From: Kiritimatiella glycovorans
GTDB taxonomy: Bacteria > Verrucomicrobiota > Kiritimatiellia > Kiritimatiellales > Kiritimatiellaceae
Assembly: GCF_001017655.1 (NCBI RefSeq)
Contig: NZ_CP010904.1
Coordinates: forward strand, 2,490,001 to 2,522,000
Direction of reading: 5' to 3'
DNA: 32,000 bases
Positions 14,909 through 23,090 of the stretch are shown here, piece after piece (the first letter of the stretch is position 1; every line of letters starts with the position of its first letter). The translations under genes and the position numbers were made by a program. The notes beneath the pieces are model-generated. The model had not been told where the DNA came from, did no database searches, and saw nothing but the letters and a program-made list of their open reading frames with translations.

Positions 14909-17900
14909 TCACTCCGGTTCGATCTGCTCGATTCCGGCGGTTTCCTTCATCATTTCCTCGATCGTCTGCGGCCCCGTCGCGGGAGCGGATCCCGGGGCTT
15001 CGCGTGCGCGGAAAAAGAGGTTGCGCGTATCGGTCACGTGCGCGGGCACCCGGGCGGACAGATCACCCGGATGGACGCGAAACCGCACGCGGCGTGTGGC
15101 GAGCCCTTCTGCGGCGACCGTCAGCACGGCTTCGGCATCTTCCCCGCCGTCGTGGACCCGGCTGCGGAGGATGACCTGTGCACAGCCGTGAAAGGCGCGG
15201 CAACGCGGAATCTGGTCGGAGGCGTGGCGTGTCGGGTCGCCGTTGCCGACGCCGATCAGCTCGATCGGTCCCGAGGTCTCGAAAAACAACTCGTGATCGG
15301 CTCGCGGCACCACCGTTCCGGCCTCATCGAAAATCCGCAGCTCGACGACCACGGCATCCCGGCCATCGCCCGCAAGATTGAGTTTTGAAGCGCGCGCATT
15401 GATCTTTGTCGCCTCCCCCGCCGTCGATACGCGCTCGCGCCGCACTTCTTCTCCATCCCGGTACCCGACCGCCTCCAGCACGCCGGGGGCGTAGGCGACC
15501 TCCCATTCGGGATAACCGTACCGCGGCACAGCTCTCCGGCCGCAGGACTCGCCGTTGACGAAAAGTTCGACCTCTTCGGAATTCGAGTAGGCGCAAACGC
15601 GAATCGGCTCCCCTTCGCGGCCCGGCCACGTCCAGTGCGGCAGCAGATGCAGCACGGGTTCGTCATCCCACCAGGCTTTATACAGGTAAAAGGCGTCCTT
15701 GGGGAATCCGCACAGATCCATCACGCCGAACGAAGAGCTGACATTCGGCCAGCCGAACGGGGTCGGTTCGCCCCGGTAATCGAGTCCGGTCCAGATGAAC
15801 GTACCGCCGGCAAACGGATGGCTCATGGCAAACTCGATCACGCGCTGCGAGGAGTCGCCCCAGGCCACCCCCTTGCGGTCGTACGAGGCCAGAAGCCCGC
15901 GCTCGCGGTCGTCGGCATAGACGCCGCGCGTCGCTACGGCGCTGCCGCTCTCCGCGGAAAGCACCGGTTGCCCGTCACGTTCGTACGCGGCCATCTGATC
16001 GAAGAAATAGTTGAATCCGGCGATATCCACGAGCCGGAACGACGGCCAGTCGAACCCGCCGTTGTTGCGCGCTACGATCACCGGCCTATACGGATCGTGG
16101 CGGTCGATCTCGAACATCAGCTCCTTCAGAATCCGCTGCGGAAAGAGGTCCGTTCCGAAAGGCCGGTTTTCCTCGTTGCCGACGCACCAGAGCAGGACGC
16201 TCGGGTGATTGCGCAGGGTGCGGACCAGCACGGCCAGATCGTGGCGATACTGCGAAGCCGAGCTGAGAATGCGGTTTTCCGCGTACAGGAACATCCCCAT
16301 CTCGTCGGCCAGTTCGGCGACATCCGGCGGCGGGTAGTGATGGATTCGCACGGCGTTACAGCCCATCGACTGCAGCCGTTCGAGCCGATAGCGCCACACT
16401 GCGCGGTCGACGGCGATTCCGATCCCGGCGTGATCCTGGTGCAGGCAGGCGCCTTTGAGTTTGACCGGGCGGCCGTTGAGAAAACACCCGCGCTCGGCGT
16501 CGAACCGGATATCGCGCACCCCGAATCGTGTACGCACCTTATCCAGCACACGCCCCTTCGCATCGTGGATCGAGGTGATCAGCGTATAGCGCCGCGGGTC
16601 GCGCAGATCCCAGAGCACCGGAGCATGTAATTCCGTTTTCGCGACTTTCTCCGCGTCTCCCCCCGCCGGCACCACAACGGCGCCCTCCACGATTCCGGCT
16701 TCGGCACCGGCGGGATCGAGAATGCGCCAGCGCACGGCGACCTCCGCGTCCTCATGCCGCCGGCTGGCGACTTCGGTGCGGAGGTCCAGGGCCCAGGTAT
16801 CGTCTTCCTCAGGCGTCGCATGGACGAAAATCCCGCCCATCGGGATGTGGACCGGATCGGTTTCGATCAGGTGCACGTCGCGGTAGATTCCGCCGCCCTC
16901 GTACCACCATCCCTCGTTTACCGACGCATCAGCGCGCACGAGCACGGCATTGGTCCCGCCGAAGAAGACGAAATCGCTGATGTCGACCTCGAAGGGCGTG
17001 TAGCCGCTGAATTCCTCATGCACGCGAAAGCCGTTGACGAAGATCTGGGCGTTGCGGTAGACGCCGTCGAAGCGAAGTGCGATCCGGCGTCCTTCAGCCT
17101 CCGCCGGAAGAACCCACGTCCGGCGGTAATAGCCCACTCCGTAAGGGAGCCCGCCGCGGACGAAATTGTGTTCGGCTCCGATCCTGCCCTCCACGACGAA
17201 ATCGTGCGGGAGGTCCAGTGCGCGCCAGTCCGAATCGTCGTAGCCGACATCCGCGGAGGTCCCCTTGAACCGGCGGGCTTTGACGTAACGGCTGAGCACA
17301 TCCGTTTCCGGACCCTCGCCGTAGGTGAACGTCCATCCGCGATTCAGGAGGCGTTCCCGGCGGGGCGCTGACCCCGAAACATCGGGCGACGGCTTCGGTA
17401 CGGGCGTGCACCCCATGACCGGCACCGACTCGCCCTGTTCCGGATCGAAGGCGGGATCGGGCGTCGGCATCTGTGCGCCGACCTCTTCACGCCACGCCGC
17501 GAGGCGGCGATGGAGCGCTTCGGCCTTCTCCGCGTGCGAGCGCGCCAGGTTGTGTTCCTCGCCCGGATCGTTCTCGAGGTCGTAGAGCTCGAGCGCGTTG
17601 TCCTCCAGATACTCAATCAGCTTCCACCGCCCGCGAAGAATGACGCTGTAGGGGGGGCTGTAGGGGTGATAGTGCGGGAAGTGCCAGTGCAGGGATTCAC
17701 GTGCAAGCCCGCCGGTCCCGCGCAGGAGGGGGGTCAGATCCAAGCCGTCGATTTCATGGCCCTTCGCATCCTCCAGACCCGCCAGGCCGAGCAGGGTCGG
17801 ATAGAGATCGTGGGTAATGACGGGTTCGTCGCAGACGGTCCCGGGACGAACCGTCCCCGGCGCGCGAAATATGAGCGGGATGCGCAGGCCGCCCTCGTAG

Positions 17901-18820
17901 GCGGTCGCCTTGCCGGCGCGCAACGGGGCGTTGCTCGTGGCGAGATGCAGACCGCCGTTGTCGGAGGTGAAGACGACCACGGTTTTTTCCGCGAGGCCCA
18001 GCTCACCGAGCTTCGCCAGCACGCGCGCAAGACTTTCGTCCACGCTCTCGATCATCGCGGCATAACGGGCGGTCCGGTCGCCCGCGCGCTGATCGAGACG
18101 CGGCTTGGCGTAGTACTTCCTCTCCAGTTCCGGTTTACCCTGCAGGGGAGCATGGACGGCGAAATGCGACAGATGGAGGAAGAACGGCTCCTGCGCGTGA
18201 GCGTCCATGAACGCCAGGGCCTCGTCGGTGAGGCGATCGGTCAGGTATTCACCCGCCGGCCCGTCGGGCAGCATCGGATTCCGGTAAGGCGAGAAATACG
18301 TGTAGGGACGTCCGCCGCCGCCCGGCTCCCAGTACCCGCCGACGTTGACCTCGAACCCATGGTGATCGGCGGTCCGCGCAGCGCCGTCGCCGAGGTGCCA
18401 CTTGCCGATGTGGCCGGTCGCGTAGCCGTGCGCATGAAAGACCTCGGCCAGGGTGGTTTCGTCGAGCTTGAGAAAAGGCGTCCAATCGGGTTCGCGGAGC
18501 GGAAGCGCGCGCCCGGCATTCCAGCCGGGAATCCAGTTGGTGAGGTGGAGGCGCGCAGGGTTCCGGCCCGTCATCAGCGCTGCACGGGTGGGACTGCACA
18601 TCGCCGCCGCCGCATAGGCGCGGGTAAACCGCACCCCCTCTTCCGCGAGGCGGTCAATGGTCGGGGTCTCGTAATAGCGGCTCCCGTACGCACCGGTATC
18701 CCTCCATCCGAGATCGTCGACGACAAACAGGACCATGTTCGGCCGCTCCGGCCTGGGCGCGGCATGACACTGAAGTGCAAGCCAGGCGCCGGCTAGGGTA
18801 GCGATCATGCGTCTGTTCAT
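14909..18820 (-). CDS. secreted S1 sulfatase fused to GH2 glycoside hydrolase (single ORF, ~1303 aa)
   Basis: The start is set at ATG 18820: GGAG lies upstream and a signal peptide MNRRMIATLAGAWLALQCHAA follows. The track ORF extends to 19465 only as an antisense shadow of the malic enzyme gene. Sulfatase motifs: VVDDLGW and the formylglycine motif CSPTRAALMTGR. A Pro-rich linker spans about 17366-17473. The GH2 part includes LNRGWTFTYG, WRALDLPHDF, GVGYYRRTW...LRFDGVYRNAQIFVNG, NHPSVLLWCVGNEE and GGTFIWTGLDYRGEP. No stop codon lies between the two halves. Confidence 0.85.
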   Translation of the reverse strand: MNRRMIATLAGAWLALQCHAAPRPERPNMVLFVVDDLGWRDTGAYGSRYYETPTIDRLAEEGVRFTRAYAAAAMCSPTRAALMTGRNPARLHLTNWIPGWNAGRALPLREPDWTPFLKLDETTLAEVFHAHGYATGHIGKWHLGDGAARTADHHGFEVNVGGYWEPGGGGRPYTYFSPYRNPMLPDGPAGEYLTDRLTDEALAFMDAHAQEPFFLHLSHFAVHAPLQGKPELERKYYAKPRLDQRAGDRTARYAAMIESVDESLARVLAKLGELGLAEKTVVVFTSDNGGLHLATSNAPLRAGKATAYEGGLRIPLIFRAPGTVRPGTVCDEPVITHDLYPTLLGLAGLEDAKGHEIDGLDLTPLLRGTGGLARESLHWHFPHYHPYSPPYSVILRGRWKLIEYLEDNALELYDLENDPGEEHNLARSHAEKAEALHRRLAAWREEVGAQMPTPDPAFDPEQGESVPVMGCTPVPKPSPDVSGSAPRRERLLNRGWTFTYGEGPETDVLSRYVKARRFKGTSADVGYDDSDWRALDLPHDFVVEGRIGAEHNFVRGGLPYGVGYYRRTWVLPAEAEGRRIALRFDGVYRNAQIFVNGFRVHEEFSGYTPFEVDISDFVFFGGTNAVLVRADASVNEGWWYEGGGIYRDVHLIETDPVHIPMGGIFVHATPEEDDTWALDLRTEVASRRHEDAEVAVRWRILDPAGAEAGIVEGAVVVPAGGDAEKVAKTELHAPVLWDLRDPRRYTLITSIHDAKGRVLDKVRTRFGVRDIRFDAERGCFLNGRPVKLKGACLHQDHAGIGIAVDRAVWRYRLERLQSMGCNAVRIHHYPPPDVAELADEMGMFLYAENRILSSASQYRHDLAVLVRTLRNHPSVLLWCVGNEENRPFGTDLFPQRILKELMFEIDRHDPYRPVIVARNNGGFDWPSFRLVDIAGFNYFFDQMAAYERDGQPVLSAESGSAVATRGVYADDRERGLLASYDRKGVAWGDSSQRVIEFAMSHPFAGGTFIWTGLDYRGEPTPFGWPNVSSSFGVMDLCGFPKDAFYLYKAWWDDEPVLHLLPHWTWPGREGEPIRVCAYSNSEEVELFVNGESCGRRAVPRYGYPEWEVAYAPGVLEAVGYRDGEEVRRERVSTAGEATKINARASKLNLAGDGRDAVVVELRIFDEAGTVVPRADHELFFETSGPIELIGVGNGDPTRHASDQIPRCRAFHGCAQVILRSRVHDGGEDAEAVLTVAAEGLATRRVRFRVHPGDLSARVPAHVTDTRNLFFRAREAPGSAPATGPQTIEEMMKETAGIEQIEPE

Positions 18821-18952
18821 AGATGCCCTCCGTTTCATGTAAGCTGATGAAGCCTCTGTACCACTGAGATCCGAATTTCGCAGGAGGCATTTGTCAGCAC
18901 AAGCCAATCCGTATAGGCTGAGTGTTTTAATTGTGATTTGACTGGAGTCATC

Positions 18953-20290
18953 ATGAAGCAGGATCAGAACCGTTGCGACAGCCTGGAGTACCATTCCGAA
19001 CCGCGGCCCGGGAAGCTCGAGGTACGTTCGACCAAACCGTGCGCGACCCAGCGGGACCTCTCGCTCGCGTACAGCCCCCATGTGGCGTGGCCCTGCCGCG
19101 AGATCGAGGCCGACCCCGAAGCCGTCTACCGCTATACCGGCAAGGCGAATACGGTGGCCGTGGTCAGCGACGGCACGGCCGTCCTCGGCCTCGGCCGCAT
19201 CGGCCCGCATGCGGGTCTGCCCGTCATGGAGGGCAAGGCCGTCCTCTTCAAGCGGTTCGCCGATATCGACGCGCTGCCGATCTGTCTCTCGGGCGTGCAC
19301 CGCGGCGACCGCACCGATCCCGACCGGCTGATTGAGACGGTCGAACGGCTGGAGCCGACCTTCGGCGGGATCAACCTCGAGGACATCGGCGCGCCGGCCT
19401 GCTTCGAGGTCGAACGGCAGCTCAAAAAGACGATGCCGATCCCCGTTTTCCACGACGACCAGCACGGCACGGCGATCATCTGCATGGCGGGCATCTTTAA
19501 CAGCCTAGAACTCACGGGCCGCAGAATCGAGGAGACTCGCTTCGTCGTGAACGGCGCGGGCGCCGCGGGCGTGGCCTGCATCGATCTCTGCATTTCCGCG
19601 GGCGCGCGCCGCGAAAACGTCGTCCTCTGCGACTCGAAGGGTGTGATCTACCGGGGACGCGAAGAAGGAATGACGCCGGAGAAGGAACGGCTGGCGGCGG
19701 AAACGGACGCGCGCACGCTGGCGGATGCGTTGAAGGACGCCGACATTTTCATGGGCCTCTCCGTCGCGGACTGCGTCGACCGGGACATGATCCGGTCGAT
19801 GAACGACGAGCCGATCGTCTTCGCGATGGCCAACCCGGACCCCGAGATCACGCCGGACGCGGCCTGGGAGGCCGGGGCCGCGGTGGTCGGCACCGGGCGC
19901 TCGGACTACCCGAACCAGGTGAACAACGTACTGGGCTTCCCGGGCATCTTCCGCGGCGCACTCGACGTCCGCGCCTCGGCGATCAATGAGGAGATGAAGA
20001 GGGCGGCGGCCCGCGCCCTCGCGGATCTGGCCCGCGCGGAAGTCCCCGGAGACGTCCGCGAAGAACTCGCGGCCGTCTACCCGGAAGACGCGGCCGCCGG
20101 TATGTTCGACGGCGACGCGCCGCTCGGCAGCCGCTACGTGATCCCCAAACCCTTCGATCCGCGCGTCGTGCCCGCCGTCGCACGCGGCGTCGCCGAAGCC
20201 GCCGTCCGCAGCGGCGTCGCACGCCTCCCCGCGCTCGACTGGGACGCCTACGAGCGCGAAGTCACCGCCCGGCTTGCGGGCAGGGGATAA
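18953..20290 (+). CDS. NAD(P)-dependent malic enzyme (short form, no PTA domain)
   Basis: [74 protein letters not shown], the Rossmann motif [11 protein letters not shown], and [10 protein letters not shown]. The ATG at 18953 is preceded by GGAG. The track start at 18938 is a TTG. Confidence 0.93.
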   Translation: MKQDQNRCDSLEYHSEPRPGKLEVRSTKPCATQRDLSLAYSPHVAWPCREIEADPEAVYRYTGKANTVAVVSDGTAVLGLGRIGPHAGLPVMEGKAVLFKRFADIDALPICLSGVHRGDRTDPDRLIETVERLEPTFGGINLEDIGAPACFEVERQLKKTMPIPVFHDDQHGTAIICMAGIFNSLELTGRRIEETRFVVNGAGAAGVACIDLCISAGARRENVVLCDSKGVIYRGREEGMTPEKERLAAETDARTLADALKDADIFMGLSVADCVDRDMIRSMNDEPIVFAMANPDPEITPDAAWEAGAAVVGTGRSDYPNQVNNVLGFPGIFRGALDVRASAINEEMKRAAARALADLARAEVPGDVREELAAVYPEDAAAGMFDGDAPLGSRYVIPKPFDPRVVPAVARGVAEAAVRSGVARLPALDWDAYEREVTARLAGRG

Positions 20291-20336
20291 AGAAGACACC
20301 GGGACCCGGCGGGGTATAAGCACGGATCATTCGGAT

Positions 20337-20363
20337 GGCGCGGACACCCGTTTCCGCGCCTTT
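20337..20363 (+). terminator. possible intrinsic terminator after malic enzyme gene
   Basis: GGCGCGGA (20337-20344), an 8-nt loop, TCCGCGCC (20353-20360), then TTT. The stem is a perfect 8 bp but the T-tract is short. A second CCGCGG-N7-CCGCGG hairpin lies at about 20382-20400. Confidence 0.3.
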
Positions 20364-20430
20364 CCGGGTGTTCCGCAGTTTCCGCGGAGCGGGACCGCGG
20401 CCCCTTCCACGAACCGCCGACCTCCGGAAC

Positions 20431-22824
20431 TCAGCGATCGAGTTCCGGCTCCTCCCTGAACACGGCGATCTCGGAAAACCCGCTGTTCTGCGTGCGCGGG
20501 CCGACGCGGGTAATGATCACCTCCATCCACGTGATCGTCTTTTCGGGGAAGTTGAGCTTGTACGGCGCGGAGGCGTCGTTGGGCAGTTCCTCAACCAGCT
20601 TGCTCGACCCGTCGCTGAAATTGATCCACGCATTTTTGACATGGTCCGCGACGTTCGGCCGGTCGAAGAGCCAGACGTTTTCGACGACCACGGGGTCCTC
20701 CCAGATCAGCACCACCTTTTCGCCCGTTGTCCCGTGCTTGCTCGCCCATTCCGCTTCGCGGTTCTGCGGCCAGCCTTCGGCAACCCCGTCAACCAGCGCT
20801 TCAGGGGCATGGCCCGCAGCAAGGGATGAAACCTTCACACGCGCCCGCTGCGCCAGGTTACCCTCGCTCTGCAGCATGCGGATCGGAGCCATATCGGTGA
20901 ACGCCGTGCGGCGCAGCCGCGTGCACCCGAAGGGCACTAGATCGACTGTTTCGATGCGTTCGGTCTCGCGGTTGAGCAGTTTCCCCCGGAGGGCGACGGA
21001 GGCTGTCTTCCAGGGATTGGCCTCGCCGGTCACGGCGCGGGGTGCAAACGTGAATCCGCCGCATCCCTCATCGACGGCGTAATTCCAGTGCCCCCCCTCG
21101 GCGGGGTGCACGTCGTAGTCGGCGAATCCTTCGACGTCGTACTGTTTGGTCACGACCCTATCCCCGACGGGAATCTCGAGCGCGTAGACCAGCGGGCCGC
21201 GGCGCCAGTAGATCTCGCCGTTGGGCATGGTGTGACGCTCCACGTCCGGATGGAATCGGAGCGCGACGCGGTCGCCCGCTTTCCACGTCCGCGTCAGGGC
21301 GAGATACCCGTGTTCGCGTGCGATGCGCGTGCCCTGCGGCGCGTCGACTTCGGTGTCCTTCGACCAGCCGGGATCGCGAAAACGAAGTGTGAGTTCCGCG
21401 GCGCGTTTGGGCGTGATCGTGAAGCGCACGGTGTCTTCGAACGGGTAACCCGTCTCCTGACGGATCGTCACCGGCACTCCGTCGACGTCCGTAGTCAGAA
21501 TCGACGGGCCATAGGCAATCGCGACGGGCCCGCCGTCGTTTGCGTCCTTCATCCAGAGCCGGTCGACATAGTACGCAAAGAATTTGGTCGCGTTCGGCAC
21601 GCAGCAGACCGCCACGTCCTCGTGCGTCGGTGAGAATTTGAAACGTCCGCCGTGACCGCGCCCGGCCGTAGCCTCGTGCTGGTTGTCCGTAGACAGGTAC
21701 TGAATGGCGCTTCCGTCCGGGAGCCGCGCACCCTCGGCGGCGTTGAACGCGAGGGTCTCGATGCGGTCGCCGTATTCCGCGATGCCCGTTTTCTGGATCA
21801 TCGACTGCAAACTGCCGAGCAGTTCCTGCATCGTGCAGTACTCGCAGCCGATGTAGGGGCTGGCCATGCGCTGCAGGATGTCTTCGTCGCCGATGCACGC
21901 GCCGGCGGCGGTGATGTGGCGGTCTGTTTTGGGCATATAGTTCTCGACGGCGACACGGTACCGCTCATCGCCGGTCGCGTAATAAAGAAAGAACGGCACG
22001 CGGATGTGCTCCATCACATGGGCACCGTGCCCGTTAAAGAGCTGATCCATGTCGGCGAGGTTGCGGAGCAGAACGTCGTATTCAAACACATCCTCGCGTT
22101 CGTTGTAGCTATCGTAGAGGAACTGAGCGAACTTGACGTACGCGCGATCGCCGGTATGGCGATAGAGTTCCTCGCAGAGATCCACGAACATCAGGCTGTG
22201 GGCGTGGCCCCCGCGCCCGATCGCTTTGTTCCACAACGGGCGGTCGGGACCGTACTGCACCATCGAAAGGCGCACCGCCCTCTCGACCGCCCGGAAGACG
22301 TCCTCGCGTCCCGTCAGCTCATGATAGGCCAGCAGACCGCGGAGCAGACAGGTCTGCGCCCAGAGCTCGCCGTAGTGCCCGCGGATCGGCGAAGGATACC
22401 GCTGATGTGGCGGATAACAGCAGAGATACCCGTCCTCCTCCTGCATGGCGAGGATCGATTCGACATAGCGCTCCGCGCGGGCCATGGCCTCCGGATTCTC
22501 CGAGAGCCACGCCATGCGGATGAAGCCCTCCAGCCAGTTGCCCGTCGTCTCCGCATTCCACCACGGGGCACCGATTTTCGGCTTATCCAGTGAATCGCGT
22601 GCATCGCTGTCGAAGGTCTCCAGCTCGAAGCGATCGGTCAGGGCATCCATATGTCCGGCGAACCCGGATTCCACATCGCGCACGATCTGGGCTTTTAACC
22701 AGCCGGAGGGCCTCACCGACCCCGCCGGAAGGCGTTCAAAGGCGGCCTCCTGCGCGCGAGCCGGTGTTCCGGGCGCAAGGACGGCGAGGATGAAAGCGAA
22801 GGACAGAAGGCCTGAAATGCGCAT
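20431..22824 (-). CDS. GH127/GH146-like (DUF1680) glycoside hydrolase with C-terminal F5/8 type C (discoidin/CBM32-like) domain
   Basis: Signal peptide MRISGLLSFAFILAVLAPGTPARA. The N-terminus SGWLKAQI... and the alpha/alpha-barrel-like region fit the family. E-Y-C (IGCEYCTMQE) and C-C (VAVCCVPN) lie 77 residues apart, matching the Glu/Cys/Cys-Cys zinc and catalytic-Cys arrangement of GH127 beta-L-arabinofuranosidases. The C-terminal ~150 aa resembles a galactose-binding-like domain (KVSS...ALVDG.....W...., SGFSEIAVF). Confidence 0.72.
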   Translation of the reverse strand: MRISGLLSFAFILAVLAPGTPARAQEAAFERLPAGSVRPSGWLKAQIVRDVESGFAGHMDALTDRFELETFDSDARDSLDKPKIGAPWWNAETTGNWLEGFIRMAWLSENPEAMARAERYVESILAMQEEDGYLCCYPPHQRYPSPIRGHYGELWAQTCLLRGLLAYHELTGREDVFRAVERAVRLSMVQYGPDRPLWNKAIGRGGHAHSLMFVDLCEELYRHTGDRAYVKFAQFLYDSYNEREDVFEYDVLLRNLADMDQLFNGHGAHVMEHIRVPFFLYYATGDERYRVAVENYMPKTDRHITAAGACIGDEDILQRMASPYIGCEYCTMQELLGSLQSMIQKTGIAEYGDRIETLAFNAAEGARLPDGSAIQYLSTDNQHEATAGRGHGGRFKFSPTHEDVAVCCVPNATKFFAYYVDRLWMKDANDGGPVAIAYGPSILTTDVDGVPVTIRQETGYPFEDTVRFTITPKRAAELTLRFRDPGWSKDTEVDAPQGTRIAREHGYLALTRTWKAGDRVALRFHPDVERHTMPNGEIYWRRGPLVYALEIPVGDRVVTKQYDVEGFADYDVHPAEGGHWNYAVDEGCGGFTFAPRAVTGEANPWKTASVALRGKLLNRETERIETVDLVPFGCTRLRRTAFTDMAPIRMLQSEGNLAQRARVKVSSLAAGHAPEALVDGVAEGWPQNREAEWASKHGTTGEKVVLIWEDPVVVENVWLFDRPNVADHVKNAWINFSDGSSKLVEELPNDASAPYKLNFPEKTITWMEVIITRVGPRTQNSGFSEIAVFREEPELDR

Positions 22825-23090
22825 GATCTCTCCCTGGTCAATGGCTGCGTCAACTCAACGACATGCAGGGAGACTGAATCAGTCGCGCCCCGGACTCAAC
22901 GGAATCCCGCCCCAATTTCCCCGCGAGGTTCACATATCCGGAATCATGAAGGGGCGGGGCGTCGCTTTTCGGACGGCTGGGCGGACGGCTCGGAGAGCCG
23001 TCCCTACCTTCCTTCACGTGTGAGCCTGTCCTGCGTTCCCGGGTAGGGCGCGATCTCCGAGCGCGCCGCTCTCCCTCTGTCCCGCCTGAC

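Noticed and set aside
17366-17473. Internal Met (VPVMGCTP) in the linker as the start of a separate GH2 lipoprotein gene
   Set aside because: No stop codon precedes it and no signal peptide or lipobox context follows. The segment reads as a Pro-rich interdomain linker. It remains the place to check for sequencing errors.
18821-19465. N-terminal 215-aa extension of the sulfatase::GH2 ORF as given in the track (start at 19465)
   Set aside because: The extension runs antisense through the malic enzyme gene and its promoter region and precedes the signal peptide. The ATG at 18820 has a GGAG upstream and yields a canonical signal peptide directly before the sulfatase domain.
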